Source: Camelus ferus (lineage: Eukaryota). From it: DNA of 64,000 nucleotides. Each line of letters begins with the position of its first letter. Within the stretch, counting starts at the first letter, position 1. Positions 1 to 12,599 of this stretch are shown here, piece after piece. The position numbers and the translations under genes are program-made. The DNA is taken from assembly GCF_009834535.1 (NCBI RefSeq), contig NC_045697.1:97342001-97406000 (forward strand), in the 5' to 3' direction. A model generated the notes under the pieces. The model searched no databases. It was not told the DNA's origin and worked only from the letters and a program-made list of their open reading frames with translations.

Positions 1-342
1 TTGGGTCTTTTGTGATTCCATATAAATTTTAATATGATTTGTTCTAGTTCTGTGAAATATGTTCTGGGCAATTTGATAAAGATCACATTGAATCTGTAGA
101 TTGCCTTGGGCAGTATGGCCATTTTAACAATATTGATTCTTCCAATCATGGAAGAGTATGGGATAACTTTCCATTTTTTTACATCTTTTTAAATTTTGTT
201 CAGTGTTTTGTAGTTCTCCACGTATAAGTCTTTCACCTCGTTGGTTAGATTTATTCATAGGTATTTTATTACCTTGGGTGCTATTTTAAAATGGATTGCC
301 TCTTTACTTTCTTTTCCTGTTGATTTATTGTTAGTGTAAAGA
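1..342 (-). mobile_element. LINE-1 ORF2 fragment, antisense; continues beyond the window start
   Basis: Typical antisense L1 ORF2 text: 'ttgaatctgtagattgccttgggcagtatggccattttaacaatattgattcttccaatc'. Confidence 0.9.
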
Positions 343-545
343 ATGAGTAGATCTTAAATGTTCTCACCACACACACAAAAAAATGGTAATGATATGATGG
401 GAGGGAGGTATTAGTTAATGCTACAGTAGTGATCATTTTACAATATATAAATATATCAAAATACATTGTACACCTCAAACTTATAAAATGCTACATGTCA
501 ATTATATCTCAATAAAACTTGGGGGAAAAGTAATAAGAAACAAAA
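343..545 (+). mobile_element. LINE-1 3' terminus (L1MA/L1MB-like) with AATAAA and A-rich tail
   Basis: 'gagtagatcttaaatgttctcaccac...gtacacctcaaactta...atgtcaattatatctcaataaa' is a characteristic L1 3' end. Confidence 0.85.
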
Positions 546-658
546 ATTAAGTTAATGTTTTGATGAAAGAGAGACATTTGTAACCTCAAACCATAAATTA
601 TGAAGAAAGTACCATTTTTCCCAAAGTTAGAAAGGCAAATAGAAATTTGCTAAGATCC

Positions 659-1075
659 TGTAGTTGACTGAATAGTGACCCTAAAAACAGTATGTTCACT
701 CAGAGCCTATGAATGTGACCTTATCTGGAAAAAGTGTTTTTGCAGATGTAATAAATTAAGGATCTCAAGATGAGATTAGAGTGGGCACTAAATCCAGTGA
801 CAGCTATCCTTTTTTTAAAAAAAGGGGGTGAAGACAAGGAAGAGAGGCTCATGTGAAGATAAAGGTTTAGACTGGACTTAGGTTGCCACCAGCCAAGAAA
901 GGCCAGGGGTCACCAGAACCTGAAAGAGGCAAGGAAGTGCTCTTCTCAAGAGCTTTCAGAGGAAGCATGATGCTGCTGACATCTTGGTTCCAGATTTCTG
1001 GCCTACATTACTATAAAATAATTTATTTCTGTTGCTTTAAGCCACAAGTTTGTAGTAATTTTTTATGGCAGCCCC
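659..1075 (+). mobile_element. MaLR LTR (MLT1-like solo LTR)
   Basis: MLT1 hallmarks: 'tgaatgtgaccttatctggaaa...tttgcagatgtaat...ttaagg' and 'tttctgttgctttaagccac..gtttgtagtaatt...atggcagccc'. Confidence 0.85.
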
Positions 1076-1294
1076 TTGCTCTTAAAATTCAGAAAAAGAA
1101 GCAAAGCACATTCACCAAATAATAGCCCACTCTGTGAACAGTTTACCAGTCAAACAATAAAACAGTTTGGAAACTTGATTGAAAAGTGAGACCTTAGAGG
1201 AACTGCTTTGGATGAAAGCCTAAATTACTGTTGGTACTTTAAATGAAGACAGACTAAAGATATGCAAGTCTTTTTCTTAATGATAATATGATGA

Positions 1295-4200
1295 GAATTC
1301 AGAAGGAAATAAAATGGGAAAATGCAAAGCACAGGAAAAAAGCCTAGAAAAACACAAACATAGATCCACACATATTCAAAACCACCAAAAAATGAATCCT
1401 CATTGGATTCAGCAATTAATGAATTATATATTGCTGAAAACAGTCATTGGCATGGGGGATAAAATTGGGCAAATACTAGTGGATGAATAATAAAATGAAG
1501 ACAAAGAGTTTTTAAAAATAGAGAACAATGAATGATAAAAAAACACAGGCAGTGGTATTCCATTTTGCAAAATTGGTGTCCCAAAAGGAAAATGAATTGA
1601 TTACTAGAAAAGAAAACAGTAAAACTATTCTAAGATAAAATAAAACTTTACAAAATAAAATAAAATAATGTAAACTTTCTAAAAATAAAAGATGGGGATC
1701 TGTAGGGGATTAAAAAGTCACCTATAGCAAGAAAAACTAACACAGAACAGTCAATACATGAATACTGAAATACAGCCTGGTAAATTTTACTGCACCTTAA
1801 ATAAATAAAAGAAAAAAAATTTTAGGAATCTAAGCATAAAAAGTCAAGTCATATGTAAAGGAACAGAATTATTCTGATTTCCCTATTCCTTGTCACATCA
1901 TTTAACTCTGGAAACAGGAGAGCATGTTTACAAAGCCTTCAAAGTAGGAATGGACAATGTACATATTCTGTGTCAATTTACATAAGTATCCAGGCAACTA
2001 TGGGAAAATAAGTGACAGTGGACATTAATTTACCTGAACAACTAGGATAAAAACAAATATGGAGAATATGATAATAGGATGAAAACATTATATGCTCTGA
2101 AAACATAGAAATGGCATAACTAAAATTATACTATGAGGAAAACAATGGAATTACGGTGAATGAGATGATTATCTAATCTTTTATAAATACAAGTTAAATA
2201 AGCCATGTAATGGTATAAAGTTATAAGTGTATACTTTAATGTATAAAGCTAAACAACATAGGGGAAGAAGGAAGTAAAGGGAGAGAAAAGGAAGTACAAA
2301 CACTGAATTATGCCATTGCTCATAGCAGGAAGTTAATAGACATTGTCAAAGAAAGAGGATTAAATTTCTTATACAAAGTTAGTATCATAAATGTATAAAA
2401 AACAGGAATAAAAGAAAAATAAAACTAATATCAAAAATTACAAAAAGAAATAATAGGTTAACGTAAACATAGAATTTCAAGAGCCAAGGGAAAAAAAAAA
2501 TTCATACCACTAAATGCAAATGGACTACACTTATTTATTAAAATAATAAAATTCTCAGACTGGACCTCAGAGCACAATATGGTATAATAAGAAAACATTC
2601 TTAACACAAAAATATTTATACTGATTAGAAATTAATAAATGGGTAAAGACATACTAACTAGGTAATTATCTATGCACCAAAAAAAAAGAAAAAGTTTCAA
2701 CATTAATGGAGCTAAATCTACAGAAAAAACAGAAATAGAATCCCATAGTAATAGTAAATTTTTAGGCACTTCTCAATAATATGAACATTATAATATATTC
2801 TATATTAAATGAACATGTAAATATGTGTGTGTATTTCCAAAGGATGAGAGAATACATATTTTTTCAAATTCCTAAGTAATAGTCACAAATTGACCTTATA
2901 TTGGGCCCTAAAGAACAGCTTAATAAATTCCAGATTAAAAATAATATGACCTCAATGCAATAAAGTAAAAACTAATAAGAATGATTTTTCTGCCAGGAAA
3001 TGAAAATTTTCTATTATGCATCTCTTATATAAAATAGGAAATCAAACTAAAATTGTAAATGATTCAGAAAATTATGTCAGTTAAAAAAATATTTTTAAAT
3101 CTATGAAAAACACAGCTAAAATAGTGCACAGAGGAAACGTAATATATATTAAAAACTGTGCTTTCAATTTTTCGATGTTTGGAACAAGAGAAACAAATGG
3201 AAGAAAAGAGTGAGTCATAAAAATAAAAGCAAAAATTAATTAAGCATGAAGAGTTAAATATTAGTAAATAAAACCTATTGCCCTGTTTGTTGCAAATAAA
3301 ATTGATAACATGAATAAAAAGAACAGTTACTTAATTTTATCAATGACAATAGTGAAATAACCACAAATACTATAGAAATTAGTAGAATTCCAAACAACTA
3401 ATCTTTTCAAATCTTTGCAATTTAGTTTGAGAACATGGATGAAATAAATGCTTTCCTTGTAAAATATAAATCACCAAAACTGACCCCAGAAAGTGGGTCT
3501 GGAAAACTACACTCATGATTTACCATTCAAAAGATAAGGTTGTCTGATAGCTATTGCCCAGATGCTTTCTCAAAGGAATTCTTCCCAAACTTTAAGTAAT
3601 AGATAACTGCAGTTAAACTTCAGTTGTTCAAAGCATATGAAAAAAGAAAAAGAAAAAGAAAATTTCCTATCTCTTTTAGAATTAGGGTGCATCACATTGA
3701 TAACAAAATTCCATTAAAGATATACACACAAAAGAAAACCACAGGAAATTCAAATATATTAAAATAAAAATATTTTAAAAATAACTAGCAAAATTCAGTT
3801 GTTTATTTAACAAATAATAAAGCAAGTGCAGTTTATTCCTGGAATGTTAGTGTGGTTATATAGCAGGATAGCTATAACTATAAATCAACACATTTAGCAA
3901 GTCAAAAGAGACAGTCATACATATCTTCCTATAAAGAAATTCTCTTAATAAAATTTAACACCTATTCTTGATTTTTAAAATCATAATAGTGTCTATATGA
4001 CCTGTTTATACATATGCAAAAATAGCTTGTATATTCTAATTGAGAAAACATTAATAACATTTTCTCAGAAATCAATAATGAAGCAACAAAATTTGCTGTC
4101 AACATTTTGATTAAAAATTTTCCAGAGGCATTAGCCAATGATATTGGGGATACATTGAGGAATAAATTTAGAAACAAAAATTGAAACATAGAATTTTAAA

Positions 4201-4740
4201 TTGTCATTACTTGAGAATAATAATTTTTATTTTCCTTGCAAAACCTAGAAGGATCAATTGGAAGACTATTATAAATAATAAGACAAAGCAGTTACAGGGC
4301 TGGGTGCAGAACTGATACATGTGGAATAAATGGGCTTCTTATAGGGATGATAACTAGGTAGAAAAATAAAACACCAAAAGATAAAATACAAAGCTTAACA
4401 GGTAGCATGTAAAATCTATGAAGAAAACCTTACATGCCACAGAGAAACACAGAGGAAGACTTCAGTGCAAGGAAAGACACATTCTTGGAAAAAAAAATTG
4501 GAACATCATAGGAATGTCAGTTCTCCCTCAAATTAATCTAAATTTAATGTGATCCTAGTAAAAATACCAACAGTATATTTTTGGAAACTAGACAAATTGG
4601 TGCCAGTGTTAAAATAGGAATAAAATAGATATGTCCTAAAAATAGACAAAAAGAGAAAGAAAGGGAGAGAATTATCATTCTCTATAGCTTTATCATTTTA
4701 CACTTGTAATAATTAAAACAGCATGATACCAAATAGAAAG
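1295..4740 (+). mobile_element. Ancient degenerate LINE-1 (L1M/L1ME-like), ORF1-ORF2 region
   Basis: Strongly A-rich + strand with L1 ORF2 relics ('aaatgcaaatggactac' near 2511; 'aaatttaatgtgatcctagtaaaaataccaacag' near 4540). No intact ORF. Confidence 0.75.
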
Positions 4741-5969
4741 ACAATTTATGTACTGTCATGCATTACAAGGTTGATATTTTTACATGGCTTTATTTGTTAA
4801 TTTGAAACTAATCAATTGCTCAACATCATATAACTCATTTTTATGTTTTCAGTCTAAGGATTAAAAAAACACAGTTGAGGTGGAAAAAACATATTATACA
4901 AATTGAAGGAGAACATTTATCAGCAGTACCTTTTTGCCTACACTAGAACTAAATAAAATGAGAAAAGTGTGGAGTCAAGTAGAGATATGATTAAATCAAA
5001 ATTTTTTTCTCATAGAAGAGGGTGATATTCAGGATATGAGATCCTGGAGAGTGGTTAACTTTCTGAAGGCAGGTTAACAGAAAAAAAGAAAATTGAAAAC
5101 CATTGAGAATAAAAATCAAATTTCTTTAAGAAAAGTTATTCTATCATAAAGTGGATTATTCTGAGTGACATTCTAAACCACCATTAAAACTGTGAGTAAT
5201 TAGTGAGTATTTTTGAATTTGGATATTTTCATGGAAACTCAGAGAGTTAAATATCAACAGAGATTTTTCATGCTACATGAGAAGAAAGCTTCCCTTCACA
5301 GTAAAATAAATTATGGAGTTGAGAGAGTCTGTGGAAAACCAGATAGTCTATAAATCATTTGCTTTATGTGTTCCTTCATCTTGGACATTAGTATAATGTC
5401 TGGCCTGTCTTTGCTTTTATCAAACTGGATACATTATAATAAAAATGAGGGGTATGGAGGAAGAGACTATACCTTTGTTTAGCTATTTATTTATTTGCTT
5501 GTTTGTTTTCATAAAAAAAGCTAATGCTGTGAATCACAAACCTTCAACAATGACTCACTCAGCATAAGAGGAAGGTTTCTGCAAACACTTCCCAGTGGGG
5601 AGTAGCATCTCTGTTAACTTCATGTGCAACGCCTAGTATGCTGTGGGCAGGTTGGATGCCTAAGGCACAGTGTAAGCTCTAAACTGACAGGTCATCATCA
5701 AAACTAAGAGCGATTAATAAGTACTTTTGAATATGGATATTGTCACTCTGACCACTTCTCTCGCTGTTTTATTACTATAATTTTGGAGCAACAATCTTGT
5801 TGCTCCTCAAAATCTTCATGTGATAGTTCTGGGTAAGTCTCATACTTATCTTATATGATAGCTGACATGAAATATTCCAAAAGTACTTTCAGAAAATTTA
5901 GTGAGAATTCTGTCTGTTGCACTATAACAGTGTGTATGTTACACTGTACACACACACACATATACATGC

Positions 5970-6460
5970 TGTATGATCAGGCCACCAGGATGGCTGTTTT
6001 CTTGCTCTCTGTCCATCCCCTGCTCTACCACTGGACCAGTGTCTGCTTCACCAACACCTCACTCACATAACTGACCTTCCTACATACTTGCTTCTGGCCC
6101 CAGCTAGTGATTGTTCTAACCTTTAGATCAGAACATCTTCACCATGATAGCTTATCAGAGGGGCAGTGAGGGGCGTGCCTTTCTGCTGGTTTCCCTGGTA
6201 ACCTATAGCGCACCTGATGTCAATTCCCCTTAATACTGCTAATCTCCCCCTCCCACTGGGAGCGAAGGCTGTGGTCAGGTCCTGCTGGCTGGCTGCTGCT
6301 CATGGTGTTCCAGAAGTCACTCCAGGACCTTGCATCAGACATATAAGCTCCCTCTTATCCATTAAACCATTGACATCCCTGTCGCTGACCCTGGGATTTT
6401 TCTTCGGTCTCTAGGACAGGCAAGTACAGAACTTGCAGGACTGTGGGGTGCAGCCCAGCA
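5970..6460 (+). repeat. 5' LTR (491 bp), ERVL-class-like
   Basis: Begins tgtatgatcaggccac and ends ggtgcagcccagca. TATA-like atataag at 6341 and ATTAAA at 6361. Confidence 0.9.
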
Positions 6461-8914
6461 ACTGGAGGAGAAGCCAGGAGACCGAGGAAACTCCCATGAG
6501 TGCTGAGATACTGGGAATAAGGACAAGGGAATACAAAGTTGTGGGGAGCGTCCACTAAAATTTGGGGCCTAAAAGTTGCCAGGGTAATCCTGGGGTGGCT
6601 GTCCACTGGCATGTGGGTCCTGTGGTGGCTATTCTTGAAGATGGAGGCTGCTAAGCAAGTATAGAGAACTCATGGACACACCTAAGAGTGCTGCGGAGAT
6701 AATGGCCGCCATTACAATGGGAAAAACAAGTGGCCACAGCTGTGGGCTGGCTGTTGCTTTCTTAATTAAGAAAGGCTACAGAGGCTGAGCTACAGCTGAG
6801 GTGAAGGTTGCCGTGAATCTGATCCATGTTTCTCTGGAAGTGAACCATGTGACTGTGAGTGAATGCTATGCCTTATTGTCTGTTACGGTTACTTGTTTAA
6901 ATTGAATTGGCTGTTTAAAAACTGAAGAAAAAAAAATCCCTGAAGATGTCCTCTTTTGATATTCTAAAACTGGTTTTTGCATATGCTGTTAGAGGAAATG
7001 AGCTTTTCTAGAAGGAATTGGTCTTTCTCTTCCTTAGCCTTTGAGATGTAAATAATCTACCTGGGGTCCCAGAAACTTTAATTATACGTGATCTCTAAGA
7101 GTGAAGAAAAAAAAAAAAGACGCCTTTTTAAACTCTCTAGGGATAATTGTGTTTTGGGAATGTCTACCTAAAATAGTCTCTCCAGATTTTGGTAACTTGA
7201 AACTAAGCTAAGTTAAATGAAGAGAATTCATTGACACCTGGGTCATTTCAAGTAGGATAAAATATTGGAACATTAATTGTTGGGCAGGCCTAAGTTTACC
7301 TACCTTCTTCTTCTTGGGAGAGGAAGACTAAAGTGTAAGTTTTCTGATCAGGAAATGCTGCTATGACAAACAGTTTGCAATTACTTGCTTCTTGGTGTTT
7401 GCCAGAGATTAAGGTTTTTAAGGGTAAAGATTATAGTCAGTCATAATTCTAGTTATTCTAACCAATGTTCTTTATTGATTACATTGTACTCTGGTGTTTA
7501 GCTGTGACTTTTAAGTCTTTTGTCACTTTAGACAGTTACTGTTGTATTCTGATGCTTTTGCAAAAGTGCTTCGTCCTCCAAAAGATTCACAGGAAGGATC
7601 TTTTGACAAGTGTAGGTCTGATAAATTTCAGATCATTCTGCTGAACCGAGTAAGAAATGAAAGAATCCTAAGGGAAAACCTATGGCTTCATAAAAAGTTA
7701 AAAGGATTGGTTACTGAGTGAACTGGTGGATATCATTATAATTTGTATGGTTTTTGTCTGAAATATTACTAGTTTTGATCTGTGTTTTGTAGGTATAGGG
7801 AAGCCCTTCCCCTCAAGTTCACTATGACTTACAGTAATTTGGTAAACTACACCTGTGGGTAGAACTGAAACATTTCTCTTTTCTCTCTGCCTCATCTGTC
7901 CAGAAATTGGAGACTCTTTGGTTCCATACAGCCTTATCAGGTGAATGGGAAAGACTGTCTCCTGGCAGGTGCAGGAATCTTGATGTTTTGGAGACCTCTA
8001 GAAAGAGAAATGCACCAAGTGGAGCCTGACAGCTGGCCTTTGGCGTGGCTTTCCTGGCCCTGAGACTCCTTCTGAGGAGCTCCACCACAGCCAGTGTGGA
8101 GGAGCCTGGGTGATCAATTGCAAATAAATTAGTCGATTTGGCTGGGTTTGGTGGAGATGACAGTAATTTTACAGAGAAAATAATATGTTTCAGGGGATAT
8201 TAAATTCTAGTTCTGCTAATTGAGGTCTGTATTTATGAAAGTTATTGTGTTAGCCATACTTCTGTCCTGATGTTCATCATGAAAATGATCTAGTGAAGCT
8301 GTCAAAGAGTATAACCACTCATGATGTACCACTGCTTGCTTTAACTCTTCGCTGAAAGCACATGTATAATGTTTGTGTAACAATGCAATATAAGTGGTAA
8401 AATGTATAGCCTATAAAGTGTTCCCCTGTTTACATACCTCTGAGCTTCAGGATGCCTGATCAGTTTTCCCCCAACGTGGATAACTAGGCAACTATAAAGG
8501 AGGCCTAGCACCAAGAGACATAACCTGGCCCCAGGGCAGCATTCACCCTGGCTTCAAGGGACATATGCTTTGGTCTGTTGAAAGATAGGCCTTCAAAAGG
8601 GGAATGACTAAAATCTTCACATATGGAGGTATGAGGAAGTCATTTTGGCTTATACATGGCTTACTTAAACTTTCCTGACCAGAGTTGCCTGTTTTGTGGC
8701 ATAACATGCATTGTACATCTGCTTTGGCCATTGTGAGAGGTATTGCATTTGAAAGTCAAAATGGAGCAGCTGTGGTTCAGACATCCAAGGTAAAACTAGG
8801 AAGCCATTGTAGATGTGATTTTGGACACGTTCTTGTATTACTGATAATTCGAGTTTTCTGAACTGTATTGCAGACCAGGACAAAAACCACAGGCAGGTGT
8901 AGGATTATCTCAGA

Positions 8915-9560
8915 ATGTGGGTACTGCTTGTATTTTGCTTAATGGTCAGGATCTCCCCTGTGTTGTGCCTGTTAGATGTCTCACATCTCATCCCTAGCCT
9001 TAGCAGAGGGAATCTATTCAAGGACTGGGGAGCAACCATGGCCTCACTGCAAAATGAGTCTGATTGCTGGGTCTACAGTGAGATGCCTTTGTTGCCCTTC
9101 TCCATACTTCCAGGAAAAGTTGACCCAACTAATATGACTCTGTGGGGATGACAGATAGCAGGGAAAAAAGACCCTCACCATCTTCCTTTCCACATGCCAA
9201 TCTATCAGAAGATCCCTGCTGGTAAACATTACTGTACAACTGACTCCCCATGAACACTCCTGGGCTATGCTGTGTGGAATGGAATAGGCTGGCTTTTGGA
9301 CACACAAGTCTAACTAGTGGTATTAACTGTTTTTTGTTTGGAAAGACCTAATGGGTCCACCCCTAATTGCACTCAACATAACATGGGGTGGCAGACCTGT
9401 CATATTGCCAACTCCTGGCTAGGTCAACAGAATATTTCCATTAAAGATAGGCCTTCCTCTCCCAATGGGAGTGCCTCTGGGTTTGTGAAAACCATCGGTG
9501 GCCTTACCTTCCTTATAACTGGATAGGATGCTGCCACCATTGACTCCCTCTCCATTGACC
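8915..9560 (+). pseudogene. Retroviral env-like remnant (signal peptide plus start of SU), broken by stops and frameshifts
   Basis: Hydrophobic N-terminus, then NLFKDWGATMASLQNESDCWVYSEMP, resembling the gamma-type env N-x-S-x-CWxC region. Located just upstream of the 3' LTR, after a possible acceptor (ttgcag, 8868-8873). Confidence 0.55.
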
Positions 9561-9772
9561 AGGTAAGCACTGGCTCCAAAATTTGCCCACATCCTGGCAA
9601 ATGACTATTCTTAGCATACTAAGTATCTTACTCTTGAAATCCTTTAGCTGCTGGTGTCTGTATTGTATTTGTGGTATCTGATTGCAGTGCCCCTCTATGT
9701 GTCTCCAGGGATATCACTGAAGAGGGGGCAAACCAAGATAGTAAGGGTCATACAGGATTTGTAGGGGTGGAG

Positions 9773-10238
9773 TGTATGGTCAGGCCACTCAAGATGACTG
9801 TTCTCTTGCTCTCTGTCCATACCCTGCTGGACCATACCTGCTTCATCTGCACCCCAGTCACATTATTGTTACATACGTGTTTCTGCCCCAGCTGGTAATT
9901 GTTCTAACCTTTAGATCGGAACATCTCCACTGTGATAGCTTGTCAGAGGGGTCAGTGAGGGGCTTGCTCTTTGGCTGGTTTCCCTGGTAACCAGTGAGCC
10001 AACCTGATGTCAGTTCCCCCATAACTAGTAACCCGACTCCTAGGAGCGAAGACTGCCACTATATCCTGCCCATCGTCTTCTGTACATGATGGAGTATCAC
10101 TCCAGGACCTTGCTTCATACATGTAAGATCCCGTATCCATTAAACCATCCATGTCTCTGTCACTGAATTCAGGCTCTCTTTTTGTTCTTGAAGCTGGGCA
10201 AGCACAGCGTTTGTAGGCCTGTGGTGTGCAGCCCAACA
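9773..10238 (+). repeat. 3' LTR (466 bp)
   Basis: Begins tgtatggtcaggccac and ends tgtgcagcccaaca. Colinear with the 5' LTR, with many substitutions and small indels. ATTAAA at 10139. Confidence 0.9.
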
Positions 10239-10721
10239 CAAACACACACACACACACACAAATTTGCAATATATTTTGGGGGGATATACTTACTTTCTCA
10301 GATATTGCCACCCTGTTAATGCAGGTGGATTTTTCTCCTGTGTCACAATTTGGATTTCTGTTAAAACTAAACAAAGTCATAAGATTTTTCCTAAATATAG
10401 AAGGGTCCTTAAATGAAGTTTGTTCTTCAGGGTCCATAATGGTTTCTTCAGCACTGCTTCTCTGGTCACTGCTGATGGTGTAAGGTTAAGATGATTAGAT
10501 CTAATTAGCTGTTCTCTTCCGTAAGAAACCTGAGGTTGAAATGGGAAGACAAGCATCTAGGTCACAGAACTGAGTCACTGCCAATGCAACATGCTATATA
10601 ATATCCTGCTCAAGACTTTCTCTGAACCAACTTGCTATCAAATTAGGGAAGATTTGATTTGACTCAGTGAGAGATCACCAAATTCTCTGATTTTTGCTTC
10701 TCAGCCATTATTTAATTGTGA

Positions 10722-11000
10722 TTTTTTTCTAGTTTATTGAAATATAATTTATAAGCAACAAAATGCACAGATACTAAATATACATTTTGGTGAGTTTTGA
10801 CAAATGCAATGGCCCACCCCAATCAAAATAAAGAACAGCTATTTTTGTTGTTGTTGTTTTGGTTGTTTGTTTGTTTGTTTGGTTTTTTGTTTTTGATTTT
10901 TACCATAGAGAGTTCCCTGGATCTGCTTTGCAAGAAGTCTTCACCCTCTCCTCTCCATACCCTCACAACCAGGAAGCACTTTTTTGATATCTGTCAGAAT
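10722..11000 (-). mobile_element. Old LINE-1 3' end fragment, antisense, with internal (GTTT)n-like tract
   Basis: 'tttattgaaatataattta...aaaatgcacagat...ggtgagttttgacaaatgc'. Confidence 0.7.
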
Positions 11001-12599
11001 TTGGGAAGAGTAGTCATATTCATTTTGGAAAAGTGGGTTGATTCTGATAATAACTATTGTTACCAATCTTTTCCCATCACACTCCCTTGCCAGCCACAAA
11101 AGATTACTGTGTAGGATTTGGATGTTATTCTGTTTTTTCCTTAATTTTAATTATTTATAGATTGAGTACCTTTGACAGGTCAAAAATTATGCCAGTCTCT
11201 GGAGCCAGAAAAATGAATCAAAATAAAAATAAGTTTTCCTATCAAGGTACTGAGATTTTAGTATGAGAATTAGAGTAGTAAACTGAAACTTTTGTAGATA
11301 TTATATAAATGACTTTTCATGACATTCTAAGAGTGCAGGCACTCCTAAATATTGTGTGGAGACTGTTCTGCTGACCAAAATACAGCAGGCAGCCTCTCAT
11401 GGCCTCCCTGTGTGGCCACGTGACGGCTTTCAGCCAGTGAGCTCTCACTGCAAGTGACTTAGGACACTTTCAGACTCGGTTCCCAATGACCTCCTAATTG
11501 TACTCCTCCATGACCGTTTCCCTCGGGTCTGTCTGGAAAGGAGCTCCCTCCCAGGGTAACCATGGAAATGACCGGTTAATGATGGTAGAGTCTTCATGAG
11601 TCTGGTCTTCAAATGACCTTCACTTAAGACTGAGTGTTATATGAGAAGGAAGAAACTTTTGCTACATTTGAGAACTTATTCATTTTGAGTTTATTTTTTG
11701 CAACTGTTAGCCTTCCTAACTGATATGATATAAACTGTAGTTTCTTTTCTCTAAATAAAATTATTTTTTTCCTTTCAAGACATCTGCTAAAGTCTCAAAT
11801 GGCAAAGAAACTTATTATTAAATTCTCCATATCTACACCAGAACGGATGAGCTTTTCTGTAGGAAAAAATAACATGAGAAAACAGACGCTCCTGTTACAA
11901 ATTCCCTAGTGCTTTCCTCTTCTAATTTAAAAGTTTCATTATTTGTTTCAGTTGAGGTGAATGGTGCTATGACTATTATTAACATTGTAGTACAGGTGTG
12001 GAGACCAAATTGTTCACTGGCCATGTGATACCAGAAAGAGGGTGGTTCTGGGAGCATCTGCTTTGAGATTTGGACTGTAGCACCCAATCTAGAAAAAAAA
12101 ATGCCCAAGGGAAAGAGCAAAATATTACCAAATATCTAATTATACACTCATATTTGGTCTCAGTTTTTCTTGATTTCCAACTCATGCTGCTCACAGAAAA
12201 CACTGAGTTTTACTGTATTTAATGCTACCATGATTTTCTTGAGGCTTAAAACTTAAGCATGTTTAGGTCATAACTGTTTTTTTTTTTTTAATGGTAATAA
12301 TGCAGTGTTTTTTCAGTCTTTCTACCTGGCTAGCATATATGGGTTTAAGGAAAAGCATACAGTCATCCACACATTCAACAGATATTTACTGAGCCTCTGT
12401 AATAGGCCAGATGCTGTTTGAGGCACTAGGGGTGTATTGGTTAACAAAGCAGGGCCTCTGGTCATTTCTCTATCCTGTTGTTCATTACACCTGATGTGAA
12501 CTGTCTGCCTGTGCTGGTGTTATGTTGATCTGTTCTGTCATGGCAGTTATGGTCTGGGGCTTTCTCTCTGCTAGCTCTTTGCTCTTCACTTCTCTCTTT

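Larger units (their letters stand above)
5970..10238 (+). mobile_element. Degenerate endogenous retrovirus with two LTRs; non-autonomous
   Basis: Direct repeats 5970-6460 and 9773-10238, both TG...CA. Purine-rich tract (gtaggggtggag) before the 3' LTR. TGG-initiated PBS-like sequence at 6463. Env-like remnant inside. Confidence 0.9.

Noticed and set aside
9952..10437. 161-aa minus-strand ORF
   Set aside because: Runs antisense through the 3' LTR and a CA repeat; no protein family signature.
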